From the NCBI GenBank assembly GCA_963749075.1, contig CAVVLJ010000017.1:160001-224000 (forward strand): a stretch of DNA of 64,000 nt. Direction: 5' to 3'. The notes beneath the pieces are model-generated. The model was not told the origin of the DNA and did not search any database. It was given only the letters and a program-made list of their open reading frames with translations. The translations under genes were made by a program, and so were the position numbers. This document shows, piece by piece, positions 9,930-19,378 of this stretch (position 1 is the first letter of the stretch; every line of letters starts with the position of its first letter). This DNA is from an uncultured Pseudomonadota bacterium. GTDB lineage: Bacteria; Pseudomonadota; Alphaproteobacteria; JACZXZ01.

Positions 9930-10220
9930 ATGGGCGAGGCACGGAACGTCGTCAAGCTGCCGCTCAAGCGCGCCCGCGCCCCGCGCGCGTTGCGCAGCCG
10001 GCCCAGCCACGTGCAGCGGAGCTGGCTCCACCGCGGCCTCGATCAGCCGGGCGGCAAGCTGCCGCTCTTCGACGGCGAGGGACAGCGCGTCGATCTGCGC
10101 ACCGTCAGGAGCTGCATCGAGAACGGCTGGGCCGAGCCCTGGTTCCACAACCCGCTCAAGCCGGACTGGCTCGTCTGCAAGCTGACGGCGGCCGGACGCT
10201 CGGCGCTCGCCGGCGCGTGA
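9930..10220 (+). CDS. Small hypothetical protein (96 aa)
   Basis: RBS GGGAG, genome-like codon usage, globular-looking core QPGGKLPLFD...GWAEPWF..WLVCKLT. Confidence 0.7.
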   Translation: MGEARNVVKLPLKRARAPRALRSRPSHVQRSWLHRGLDQPGGKLPLFDGEGQRVDLRTVRSCIENGWAEPWFHNPLKPDWLVCKLTAAGRSALAGA

Positions 10221-10248
10221 GGCGAGGCGGCGCGCGTCGCTTGCGCGG

Positions 10249-11457
10249 TCAGCCGCCGTACGCTCTGAGCTTGGCCAGGCCCCGCTCGAGATCGGCGATG
10301 AGGTCGGCAGGCTCCTCGAGCCCGATATGAAAGCGGCAGACCGGGCCGGGGAAGCTGCCCGAGCCCGCGGTGCGCGTGATGAACCCCGTGGTGGGCAGCG
10401 CCAGGCTCTCATAGCCGCCCCATGAGGCGCCGATCCCGAAGAGGCTCAGCGCCTCGATCATCGCGTGGGTCGCCTCGGCGCTGAACTGCGCCTTGAACAC
10501 CACGGAGAAAAGGCTGCAGGCACCGCTGAAGTCGCGCTTCCAGAGCTCATGGCCGGGGGCGCCGGGAAGTGCTGGATAGAGCACCTCGTGGACCTCCGGC
10601 CGTGCGGCAAGCCAGGCGGCCACCTCGAGGCCCGAGCGCATCTGCCGCTCGAGACGCACCGCCATGGTGCGCACGCCGCGCAATGCCAGCCAGCAATCGT
10701 CCGGACTGGCATATTGTCCGAAGCTGAGCGCCGTGGTGCGCACCCGCGTCCAATCCTCCTCGGAGGCCGTGGTGACGGCGCCGAGCACCACGTCCGAATG
10801 GCCCGAGACGTATTTCGTCAGCGCCTGGACCGAGACGTCGACGCCGTGCCGGAAGGGCTGGAAGAAATGGATGCCCCAGGTGTTGTCCATGACGACCTTG
10901 GCGTCCCGGGCGTGTGCCGCGCGGGCGAGGGCGCCCACGTCCTGCATCTCCATGGTGTGGCTGCCCGGGCTCTCGACATAGACGACCCGCGTGCCCGGCC
11001 GCATGAGCGCGGCGAGACCGGGCTCGTCGATCTCGGGGCGGTAATAGGTCGTGGCGATGCCGAGCCCGCTCAGCACGCCGTCGCAAAACGAGCGCGACGG
11101 GCCATAGACGCTGTCCGCCATCAGGCAATGGTCGCCGGCTTTGAGATAGGCGAGGAGCGCCGTCGTCACCGCCGCCAGGCCCGAGGATACGATCTGGCAG
11201 CGCGTGCCGCCCTCGATCTCGGCGACGACGTCTTCCAGCGCGTGATGGGTCGGGCTCCCGACGATGCCGTAGATCCAGGCCTGGTCGAGCCGGCGCTTGC
11301 CCGCGGCCATGCGCGCGGCGACGGAGGGCTGCAACACCGTGGAGCCGCGGTAAAGCGGCGGATTGACGAAGCCTTGGACGCGAGTTCCGGCGCGCCCGGC
11401 ATGGCTCAGCCGCGTGGCGAAGCCGGCCCTCGGGCCGGCGAGCGGGTCGTGGCTCAT
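10249..11457 (-). CDS. metC: Cystathionine beta-lyase
   Basis: VNPPLYRGSTV, ESPGSHT, ALTKYVSGHSD, GASWGGYESL. Confidence 0.92.
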   Translation of the reverse strand: MSHDPLAGPRAGFATRLSHAGRAGTRVQGFVNPPLYRGSTVLQPSVAARMAAGKRRLDQAWIYGIVGSPTHHALEDVVAEIEGGTRCQIVSSGLAAVTTALLAYLKAGDHCLMADSVYGPSRSFCDGVLSGLGIATTYYRPEIDEPGLAALMRPGTRVVYVESPGSHTMEMQDVGALARAAHARDAKVVMDNTWGIHFFQPFRHGVDVSVQALTKYVSGHSDVVLGAVTTASEEDWTRVRTTALSFGQYASPDDCWLALRGVRTMAVRLERQMRSGLEVAAWLAARPEVHEVLYPALPGAPGHELWKRDFSGACSLFSVVFKAQFSAEATHAMIEALSLFGIGASWGGYESLALPTTGFITRTAGSGSFPGPVCRFHIGLEEPADLIADLERGLAKLRAYGG

Positions 11458-11593
11458 CGCTGCACCTGCGAACGGGAGGAAACGGGCAAGGAGAACCCCT
11501 GCGCCACGCGCCGGGCCTCGCCCACGGGCGCTTGAGCGGACGAGACTATGTCACATCGCCCCGCCGCTCAATGCCCACGGCCTGAGGGTGCCG

Positions 11594-12004
11594 CTAATAG
11601 AGGGCAAGGCCCTCGGCCGCGCGCTCGCGGTCCGCGCCGTCGATCTCGGCGTAATTCACCGTGAGCTCCTCGCCGGCGGCGATATCGCGCGCCGCCACGA
11701 CGACGCCGTCGCCGTTGACGACCACGTCGTCGCGCGGCGCGAGGTTCGGCGCGGCCGAGTGGTTGATGAAGATCGTGTGGTCGCCGGCGAGGTGGATGTG
11801 CCGCTTGTCGAGGGTGAAGACGCCGTAGACGTCGACGAACTTCCGCACGTGCTCCGGCTGCCCCTCGAGCCAGGCTACGGGATGCCGCCGGTCGATCCCC
11901 GGATCGAACTGCCAGACGATCTTGCCGCGCGGCACGGCCTCGCGCGCGAAGACGCCGAGGCCGTGGATGGGGCTCGGGCGCACCTCGACGGCGATCAGCA
12001 GCAT
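11594..12004 (-). CDS. SET-domain protein (putative protein methyltransferase)
   Basis: SPIHGLGVFA, FINHSAAPN, DIAAGEELTVNY are the three SET motifs; no post-SET cysteines. Confidence 0.9.
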   Translation of the reverse strand: MLLIAVEVRPSPIHGLGVFAREAVPRGKIVWQFDPGIDRRHPVAWLEGQPEHVRKFVDVYGVFTLDKRHIHLAGDHTIFINHSAAPNLAPRDDVVVNGDGVVVAARDIAAGEELTVNYAEIDGADRERAAEGLALY

Positions 12005-12008
12005 GGAC

Positions 12009-12920
12009 TCACTTGAAGAAGATGTCGATCAGGTGCAGGAACGCCGGGCCGCCGATGATGAGGAAGACGCTCGGCATGATGAAGACGATCATCGGCACCG
12101 TCAGCATGACCGGCATCTTGTTGGCGCGCTCCTCGAGCTTGAGCAGCATCTCGTTGCGCAGCTCGTTGGCCACCACGCGCATGGCCTGGGCGAGCGGCGT
12201 GCCGTAGCGCATGGTCTGGGAGAGGGTCGAGACGACCGAGCGCACGCTCGGCACGTCGACGCGCTCGGCGAGATTGGTCAGCGCCTGGTCGCGGCTCGGC
12301 AGTATCTTGAGGTCGGCCGAGGTCATGGCGAGCTCCTCGGCCAAGACCGGCTGCGAGCGCCGCATCTCCACCACCACGCGGTCGAGCGCGTCCTCGAGCG
12401 CCAGGCCGGCCTCGACCGAGACGACGAGCAGCTCGAGCGCGTCGGCGAGCCCCATCTCGATCGCCGCCGTGCGCCGCGACACCATCGCCTTGACCACGTA
12501 GCTGGGCACGAAATAGCCCACGATCAGGCCGAGGAGGGCGAACAGCATCATGCGAAGGCTGAACATCTCGGCGCCGACGCGGGAGGCGAGGATCGCCATG
12601 GCCACGGCGCCGACGAGGGCGACGGCCAGGCGGAAGAGGCCGTAAGCCATGACCGCGCGCTCGGCCGGAATGTTGTAGCGCGCGAGGCGGCGCACGATCT
12701 CGCGCTCCTCGTTCGCCGGCATGCTGCCGCCGAGGCGCACCGGCCGCAACTCGGCGCGTTTCACCTGCACTTCGGCCGCCTGCTGCGGCTTGAACCGCGT
12801 GACCCTGCGCGAGAGGCTCTCGCGCCATTCGATGAGGTTGTAGGCGACGAAGCACAGGCCCGCCAGGATGAAGGCGATCACGGTGAGCGTGCTGAGGATG
12901 AGCGTGTGTTGCTGCAGCAT
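12009..12920 (-). CDS. tadC: Tad pilus inner-membrane platform protein TadC
   Basis: DALELLVVSVEAGL, RYGTPLAQAMR, EERANKMPV; T2SS-F family; position after tadB. Confidence 0.9.
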   Translation of the reverse strand: MLQQHTLILSTLTVIAFILAGLCFVAYNLIEWRESLSRRVTRFKPQQAAEVQVKRAELRPVRLGGSMPANEEREIVRRLARYNIPAERAVMAYGLFRLAVALVGAVAMAILASRVGAEMFSLRMMLFALLGLIVGYFVPSYVVKAMVSRRTAAIEMGLADALELLVVSVEAGLALEDALDRVVVEMRRSQPVLAEELAMTSADLKILPSRDQALTNLAERVDVPSVRSVVSTLSQTMRYGTPLAQAMRVVANELRNEMLLKLEERANKMPVMLTVPMIVFIMPSVFLIIGGPAFLHLIDIFFK

Positions 12921-12949
12921 GGCGCGGAGCGGCGTCCCCTAAAGCGGGC

Positions 12950-13903
12950 TCACGTCATGGTGGCTTTGCGGATCAGCCAGCGCATGGTGAGGCCGGCGAG
13001 CGTCAGGCTCAGGATGGCGATACCGACGAGTATGTTGCCGCGCGGATCCGTGATCAAAGGTGCCAGGTACGACGGCGCCATCAGCGTGAGCGCTCCGGTG
13101 ATGAAGAACGGGATGACGGCCAGCACCATCGCCGAGATGCGCACCTCGGCGGTGGCCGCATTGGCCTTCATGCGAATGGCGCGGCGCTTGCGGATGATCT
13201 CGCCGAGCGTCTCGAGCGTCACCGCGAGGTTGCCGCCGGTGGCGCGCTGCAGCGATACCGCGGTCGCGAAGAAGCGGAAGTCGCCCATGCCGATGCGCTC
13301 GGACATGTTGGTGAGCGCGTCCTCGAGCGGGATGCCGATCTCGATCTGGTCCGCCACCGCGGCGAACACGGTGTTGACCGGCGGCGCCGCGCGCTGCCCG
13401 AGCGTGCGCATGGTGGACGACACCGGCAGGCCGGCGCGCACCATGCGCACCACCATGTCGATGGCGTCGGGAAAGAGCGCCATGAAGCGTGCCTCGACGC
13501 GGTGCTGCTCCTGCCGCATGACGACCCGCGGGACGAGGAGGAAGGCGCCGGCCGTCAGCGGCACCCACACCCAGAAGGGCATGTGGAGCGCCAGACGGAA
13601 GAGCACGATGGCGATCAGCCCCGCACCGCAGCCGTAGATGGCGAGCCTCGCCGTGCTCGTCTGCACCCCCCAGTTCCGCCCGGAGCCGATCAGCATCACC
13701 CTCAAGCGCTTGGTGAAGTCCCTGGCCCAGGGCGACTGCTCGTTCCCGGACGCATCGCGCTTCTTGTCCGTCTTCTTCACCCCGAGCGTCTGGTCGATCT
13801 TCTGGCCGAGCGCGCCCTGCTGCTGGCGCCCCTGCATCACGATGACGGCGAGCACGGCGCCGCCGCCCAGCACCAGGAGGCCGATCATCAGGGCGATGAT
13901 CAC
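12950..13903 (-). CDS. tadB: Tad pilus inner-membrane platform protein TadB
   Basis: FPDAIDMVVRMVRAGLP, ATGGNLAVTLE, TAEVRISA. Confidence 0.9.
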   Translation of the reverse strand: MIIALMIGLLVLGGGAVLAVIVMQGRQQQGALGQKIDQTLGVKKTDKKRDASGNEQSPWARDFTKRLRVMLIGSGRNWGVQTSTARLAIYGCGAGLIAIVLFRLALHMPFWVWVPLTAGAFLLVPRVVMRQEQHRVEARFMALFPDAIDMVVRMVRAGLPVSSTMRTLGQRAAPPVNTVFAAVADQIEIGIPLEDALTNMSERIGMGDFRFFATAVSLQRATGGNLAVTLETLGEIIRKRRAIRMKANAATAEVRISAMVLAVIPFFITGALTLMAPSYLAPLITDPRGNILVGIAILSLTLAGLTMRWLIRKATMT

Positions 13904-15282
13904 GCGCCCCCCCTCTCGGAGCGGCTCACCTCGATGAAGGCGTCGGCGAGCCCGTAGTAATCGAGACGCGTGAGGAAGTGCGGGCGCACGCCCGAGGCCT
14001 CGTAGGTCCCGCGCAGCGTGCCGTCCGCATTCTCGCCGAGGTACTTGAAGGAGAACAGCGTGGCGAGCAGGATGACGTCGTCCTCCATGCCCACCACCTC
14101 GACGACCTCGGTGATGCGCCGCGTGCCGTCGCGCATGCGCTCGACCTGCACCACGAGATCGATGGCGCTCACCATCTGGCCGCGGATGGCGCGGCTCGGC
14201 AGGTTGACGTCCGCCATCAGCACCATGTTCTCGATGCGGGAGAGCGCGTCGCGGGCGGTGTTGGCGTGGATGGTGGACATCGAGCCGTTGTGGCCGGTGT
14301 TCATCGCCTGCATCATATCGAAGGCCTCGGCCCCGCGCACCTCGCCGACGATGATGCGGTCGGGGCGCATTCTGAGGGCGTTGCGCACGAGTTCGCGCGC
14401 GGAGACCTGGCCGTGACCCTCGACGTTCGGCGGGCGCGTCTCGAGCTGCACGACGTGCGGCTGCTGGAGCTGGAGCTCGGCCGCGTCCTCGATCGTGATG
14501 ACGCGCTCACCCTGGTCGATGAGGCGCGACATGGCGTTGAGCATCGTCGTCTTGCCCGAGCCCGTGCCGCCGGAGATGATGATGTTGAGCCGGCAGCGCG
14601 AGCAGATCTCGAGCGCGCGGGCGAGCTCGGCGGAGGCACTGCCGTTGCGCACCATGCGCGCCAGATCGAGAAACGAGCGCGAGAACTTGCGGATCGAGAC
14701 GCACGGCCCCTTGAGGCTCAAGGGCGAGATGATGACGTTGACGCGGCTGCCGTCCTGCAGCCGCGCGTCGAGCATGGGGCTCAACTCGTCGATGCGCCGT
14801 CCGACCGAGGAGGCGATGCGCTGGGCCACGTGGAGCACGTGCGCGTCGTTGCGGAAGCGCACGTTGGTGAGATCGAGCTTGCCGCGCCGCTCAACGTAGA
14901 TCTGCCGGGGGCCGTTGATGAGGATGTCGGCGACCTCCGGATCGCGCAGCAGCGGCTCGAGCGGCCCCAGCCCCACCATGTCGTCGACGATCTCGCCGGC
15001 GATCACCAGCTGCTCTTCGTGATTGATCAGGAAGCGCTGCTCGTCGGCGACTTCGGCCACGAGCTCGATGACGCGCACCTTGAGCTCTTCCTTCGCCATC
15101 TGCACAACCGTCGCCGGGTCGATGCGCTGGAGGATCTGGTCGTAGACGGCGTCCGTCGTCACGGTGGTGACCGGACGCGGCGGCCGGATCGCGGACGCCA
15201 GCGGCCCCGCGGGAAGCGTTTCGCCGCTGCTGACCGGGACCGGCGGAGCGCCCTGGCCGTTTCTCGTAATGCGCAAGCCCAT
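13900..15282 (-). CDS. cpaF: Tad pilus assembly ATPase CpaF/TadA
   Basis: GLGPLEPLL, Walker A GGTGSGKT, LRMRPDRIIVGEVRG, MNTGH; ATG overlaps the cpaE stop. Confidence 0.95.
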   Translation of the reverse strand: MGLRITRNGQGAPPVPVSSGETLPAGPLASAIRPPRPVTTVTTDAVYDQILQRIDPATVVQMAKEELKVRVIELVAEVADEQRFLINHEEQLVIAGEIVDDMVGLGPLEPLLRDPEVADILINGPRQIYVERRGKLDLTNVRFRNDAHVLHVAQRIASSVGRRIDELSPMLDARLQDGSRVNVIISPLSLKGPCVSIRKFSRSFLDLARMVRNGSASAELARALEICSRCRLNIIISGGTGSGKTTMLNAMSRLIDQGERVITIEDAAELQLQQPHVVQLETRPPNVEGHGQVSARELVRNALRMRPDRIIVGEVRGAEAFDMMQAMNTGHNGSMSTIHANTARDALSRIENMVLMADVNLPSRAIRGQMVSAIDLVVQVERMRDGTRRITEVVEVVGMEDDVILLATLFSFKYLGENADGTLRGTYEASGVRPHFLTRLDYYGLADAFIEVSRSERGGA

Positions 15283-16478
15283 CAGCGGAAGATCCTTTTC
15301 CAGAATGACTTCGGCTCTTCGCCGACGGCGCCCGCGAGATCCCGCGAGACCGCCGCCATGCCGCGCCGAATGGCGGCGCATTTGCCGACCGCGGCGGCGC
15401 CGAGCAGCGCGGCTCGCGCTACGTCGCGGTCATAGGGGATGACGATCTCGGGCGCCGCCGCGAAGGCGCGCTTGAGCTCGGCCTCGGGCAATCCGCCGTC
15501 GCCGCCCTTCTTGTTGAGGATGTGGAGCGTCGCGCGCTCCGGCGTATTGGCGCCGATCATGTCGCGCCAGCGCCCCACCTCGCGCGCCGAGACGAGGCTG
15601 CAGTCGCTGACCAGGAGGATCGTGCTCGGCGCATGCAGCACCTTGGGAAAGGCGAGCGCCGCCGCCATCGGCAGATCGACCACCACGTAGCGGTAGCGCT
15701 GCAGGAGCTCGCTCATGAGCTGCATGACCAATTCTTCCGGCGGCATGACGAGCTCGGTGAACGGCTCCAGCCCGGCCAAGAGGCCGAGCCGCGGCGTCAC
15801 CTTCGCCACGCCGCGCTCGAGGAAGAGATCGTCGACGCGCTCGGGATGCTCGAAGGCCTCCCTGACCGCGTGGCTCGGCGCGGTATCGAGCTGCAGCGCC
15901 GCATCGCCGTTCTGCAGGTTGAGGTCGAGCAGCAGGACGCGCCGCTCGCGCGTCTCGGCGAGGTTCCAGGCGGTCTGCACGGCGACCATGGTGGCGCCCA
16001 CCCCGCCGTGCACGCCGAGCACCGTCACGAGCTTGCCGGTGCGCGCAAGGCGGCGGTCGACCTCGCCGCTCGCCGCGTCGCCGAGGCTGCGCACCATCAC
16101 GCTCGACACCAGCGGCTTGAAGAAATACTCGGCGACGCCCGAGTCCTTGAGCTCGCGGTAGAGCACGATGTCGTTGCGCTCGCCGACGACGACGACCTCG
16201 GTGCGCGGATCGCACACCTCGGCCAGGCGGCCGAGCTTGATGATCGGATCGTCGAGCCCGCTCACGTCGACGACGAGGAGCTGCGGCGAGCCGTGGCGGC
16301 CGAGCTCCTCGACCGCCACGTCGATGCCGCCGCGCGCGATCTGCGCATCCGGAATGCCGAGGTCGGTGAAGCAGCGGCGCATCACGCCCTCGGAGTCGCG
16401 GTCAAGCACGAAGGCCATGGCGCTCGGCGGCGCATCCGGTGCTGCCCCGCGCTCCGCCGTGCGGACGGTCGTGACCAT
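15282..16478 (-). CDS. cpaE: Tad localisation protein CpaE/TadZ (receiver-like + atypical MinD ATPase)
   Basis: NDIVLYREL, degenerate P-loop GVHGGVGAT, position upstream of cpaF. Confidence 0.85.
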   Translation of the reverse strand: MVTTVRTAERGAAPDAPPSAMAFVLDRDSEGVMRRCFTDLGIPDAQIARGGIDVAVEELGRHGSPQLLVVDVSGLDDPIIKLGRLAEVCDPRTEVVVVGERNDIVLYRELKDSGVAEYFFKPLVSSVMVRSLGDAASGEVDRRLARTGKLVTVLGVHGGVGATMVAVQTAWNLAETRERRVLLLDLNLQNGDAALQLDTAPSHAVREAFEHPERVDDLFLERGVAKVTPRLGLLAGLEPFTELVMPPEELVMQLMSELLQRYRYVVVDLPMAAALAFPKVLHAPSTILLVSDCSLVSAREVGRWRDMIGANTPERATLHILNKKGGDGGLPEAELKRAFAAAPEIVIPYDRDVARAALLGAAAVGKCAAIRRGMAAVSRDLAGAVGEEPKSFWKRIFR

Positions 16479-16480
16479 CG

Positions 16481-16849
16481 CTACGACCCTCCTCCGGAGG
16501 AGGTGGTCGTGCTCCCGGTGCCGCCAAGCAAGGGCGTCACCTTGCCCGTCTCGTAGTTCGTGATCGAGAGGATCTCGCGCGTGCCGTCCGCGGGTCCGAG
16601 CGGCCGGCCGGAGACGGTATCCGCGGTGCGGTCGACTTCTTGCAGGAGGTTGACGTTCTGCAGGCAGCCGATATAGGGCGAAGGCTCGTTGCCGTAGAAG
16701 AGCGGCGGATAGCTGCCCCAGGGCGGGCATTCCCCGCCGGCCACCGGGCGCGGCTCGATGTCCTCGACACAGCCGGCGAGGCCGAGCAGCATGGCCGCCG
16801 CCGCCGCCAGCCTCTTCCAGTCTTCGAGTGCTCTCACGGGTTGGCGCAT
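16481..16849 (-). CDS. cpaD: Short CpaD-like pilus assembly lipoprotein
   Basis: Lipobox LAGC; IGCLQNVNL...GRPLGPADG resembles the CpaD C-terminus; lies between cpaC and cpaE. Confidence 0.65.
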   Translation of the reverse strand: MRQPVRALEDWKRLAAAAAMLLGLAGCVEDIEPRPVAGGECPPWGSYPPLFYGNEPSPYIGCLQNVNLLQEVDRTADTVSGRPLGPADGTREILSITNYETGKVTPLLGGTGSTTTSSGGGS

Positions 16850-16854
16850 GGCCC

Positions 16855-18285
16855 TCACTCCAACATGAATCCGGCGGTGCCGCGCAGCTGCGGCGCCGTG
16901 GGCTGCGTCTCGGGCTTGCCGCCCCTCGTCGTCGTCATGCGGCCGAGGAGAAGCTGCTCGAGGTCGGTCGAGAAGGTGAGGCCGTCGGTCGGCAGGCGCA
17001 CCGAGGAGGCCTGCGCGGTCGGACGCACGATATAGGGCGTCACGATGATGACGAGCTCGCTCTCGTTGCGCTGGAAGCTCGTGGAGCGGAAGAGCGCGCC
17101 CAGCACCGGCACGTCGCCGAGCCAGGGGAAGCTGTTGATCTGGCTCGTGACGTTGTTCTGCAGGAGACCCGCGATCGCGAAGGTCTCGCCGCTGCCGAGC
17201 TCGATCGTCGTCTGCGCGCGGCGCACGTCGAGTGCCGGAATGGTGAAGCCGTCGATCGTGATGGCGCCGGTCGAGGTGAGCTCGCTCACCTCCGCCTTCA
17301 TCTTGATGCTCAGCCGATTGTCGTCGAGCACCGTCGGCGTGAAGTCGAGCCCAACGCCGAATTGCTTGAAATCGATGGTGATCGTCGTCGAGCCGCCGGT
17401 GCCGGCCTGCGGGATCGGCACGGGGAACTCGCCGCCGGCGAGGAAATCGGCCGTCTCGCCCGAGAGCGCCGTGAGATTGGGCTCGGCGAGCACCGTGACC
17501 AGGCCTTCGGAGACGAGGGCGTCGATCAGAGCCTGGATATTGAGCGAGCCGCCCGGGCTGATGCCGCCGGCGCCGACCGAGTACTGCCCCCCCGGATTGG
17601 CAACGAATTGCCCGAAGCCGCTCGTGCCGGTGCCCGTGAAGCTGCGGCCCGTGAGCAGCCCCACGGCGATCCTGCCGTTGTTGTAGAGGGCGTCCCAATT
17701 GAAGCTGAAGTTCTTGGCGATGGAGCGCGACACCTCCGCGACGCGGACGCGCAGATTGACCTGGGTCGAGCCCGTCACATTGACGTTGAAGACGACCGTC
17801 TCATGCTCGCCGACGAATTGCTGTGCCACGTTCTTGAGCGTGTTGGCATCGCGCGGCGAGGCGACGGTCCCTGACACCGTGACGCCGTTGAGCGTGCCGG
17901 CGACGTCGATCTTTGCCGTCGGCACCGCCTTCAGGAGGGCGGCGAGGATCTGCTCGGTCGGTCGGCGCACGTTCACGGGATAGCTCGCGGCGCCGCCCGT
18001 CTGCGTGAGCACGTAAAGGTTGGTGGCACCCGGCTTCTTGCCCAGCAGCAACACGCTCGTCGGACCCGACACCTGCACGTCGGCGACATCGGGATCGGCG
18101 ATCATCACCGTCTTGGTCGCCTCGGGCAGGCGCATGAGGAATGCCTTGCCGATCTCGAGAGCGATGGCCGGGCGGTCCTGGATCGCGGGTGCGGCGGCGG
18201 CACTTCGCGGCGGCGCCAAGAGGACGCCGCAGCACGCGACGACGAGCGCCGCTGCAAGCCATCGCCCCACTCTTGCCGCAGCCAT
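16855..18285 (-). CDS. cpaC: Tad secretin CpaC/RcpA
   Basis: IADPDVADV, QVNLRVRVAEV, AEPNLTALSGE, FLAGGEFP, ELVIIVTP. Confidence 0.93.
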   Translation of the reverse strand: MAAARVGRWLAAALVVACCGVLLAPPRSAAAAPAIQDRPAIALEIGKAFLMRLPEATKTVMIADPDVADVQVSGPTSVLLLGKKPGATNLYVLTQTGGAASYPVNVRRPTEQILAALLKAVPTAKIDVAGTLNGVTVSGTVASPRDANTLKNVAQQFVGEHETVVFNVNVTGSTQVNLRVRVAEVSRSIAKNFSFNWDALYNNGRIAVGLLTGRSFTGTGTSGFGQFVANPGGQYSVGAGGISPGGSLNIQALIDALVSEGLVTVLAEPNLTALSGETADFLAGGEFPVPIPQAGTGGSTTITIDFKQFGVGLDFTPTVLDDNRLSIKMKAEVSELTSTGAITIDGFTIPALDVRRAQTTIELGSGETFAIAGLLQNNVTSQINSFPWLGDVPVLGALFRSTSFQRNESELVIIVTPYIVRPTAQASSVRLPTDGLTFSTDLEQLLLGRMTTTRGGKPETQPTAPQLRGTAGFMLE

Positions 18286-18292
18286 CGCGACC

Positions 18293-19378
18293 TCACTTCT
18301 TGCCGGTCTGGCCGCGGGGCGGCGGCGCCGCCTTGGCGGTCGGGACATAGGTCGAGCCGGCGCCGACCGCGGTCGCGGCTTCGGCCGCCGTCGCGGCGCC
18401 GGCTTTGCCGCTCTCCGCCGGCGTGCCGCAATCGAGCACCACGAGCCCTTTGCTGTCGAAGCAGCGCACCTCCACCTTCGAGCCGCGCATCACCTCGATG
18501 ATGTGCGCCGCCTTGGGCGCCGCCGCGGCGTTTCCGTTGGCGCCGGTTCCCTTGCCTTCCTTGCCGATCACGCGCAGCGCCGGCGATACCTCGTAGGCCC
18601 AGGTCGGCTTGTTGTCGGCCGCCCCCGGGGCAGGCTCCGCCGTCTCCGTCGTGCTAACCGGCTCGAGGCTTCTCAGGGCGAGCTCGAGCTTGCCGAGCTG
18701 GACCGCCACCATGAGCCGCTCCGCCTGGCTCTCCGTGACCTCAAGCGTCACGGTCTTGGGAATGTGCGGCTCGGCAGCGCCGCCGCGCGGCTCGCCGCCC
18801 TTCTGCTTGGGGATCTCGCCGATCGTCTGGTCGATGGCGATGACGCGCAGGTCCTTGAGCACCGTCTCGCCCACCGAGCGGATGCCGGGGGTCAAATCGG
18901 TGTCGTTGAAGCTCTGGGTCAAGAGGACGTCCACGTGGTCGCCGGGCGCCACCAGTCCCGCTCCGCCCTCCGCGACGCCGACCGAGATGGAGACCGCCCG
19001 CGTGCCGGGGTCGAGGACGGCGGGGAGAAAACCGGGGTCGGCCGGCTTGAGGATGTTGGCCAGGATGAGAGGGTCGCCCGCGGCGAAGCTCTTGCTCACG
19101 GCGGCGCCGACGAACTCCGTCTCGTTCCCCTGGCCGCGCTGCACGCTGCCCGCCGGCACCTGATCGGCGGCAACGTCCTGCCAGCGTATGTCGTCCGCCC
19201 GGAGGATCGTCCGCGCCGGGATCGCCCGCGCCGCGACGAGCACGGATTGCTGCGCCACCTTGGGCTGGGCCGCCTGCTGCTGCTGAGGAGCCGGCGTGCG
19301 CAACCACAGCACCGCGAGCACGATCCCCGAGAGCAGCGCGAAGCCGCCTATGATGAGCAGGAGGCGCCGGACAAGCAT
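18293..19378 (-). CDS. cpaB: Flp pilus assembly protein CpaB/RcpC
   Basis: N-terminal TM, SAF domain VLVAARAI, PGTRAVSI, PGDHVDV, LRVIAIDQ. Confidence 0.9.
   Translation of the reverse strand: MLVRRLLLIIGGFALLSGIVLAVLWLRTPAPQQQQAAQPKVAQQSVLVAARAIPARTILRADDIRWQDVAADQVPAGSVQRGQGNETEFVGAAVSKSFAAGDPLILANILKPADPGFLPAVLDPGTRAVSISVGVAEGGAGLVAPGDHVDVLLTQSFNDTDLTPGIRSVGETVLKDLRVIAIDQTIGEIPKQKGGEPRGGAAEPHIPKTVTLEVTESQAERLMVAVQLGKLELALRSLEPVSTTETAEPAPGAADNKPTWAYEVSPALRVIGKEGKGTGANGNAAAAPKAAHIIEVMRGSKVEVRCFDSKGLVVLDCGTPAESGKAGAATAAEAATAVGAGSTYVPTAKAAPPPRGQTGKK

Noticed and set aside
11460-11590. Possible SAM riboswitch upstream of metC
   Set aside because: Only a generic inverted repeat; SAM-II/SAM-alpha conserved segments not found by eye
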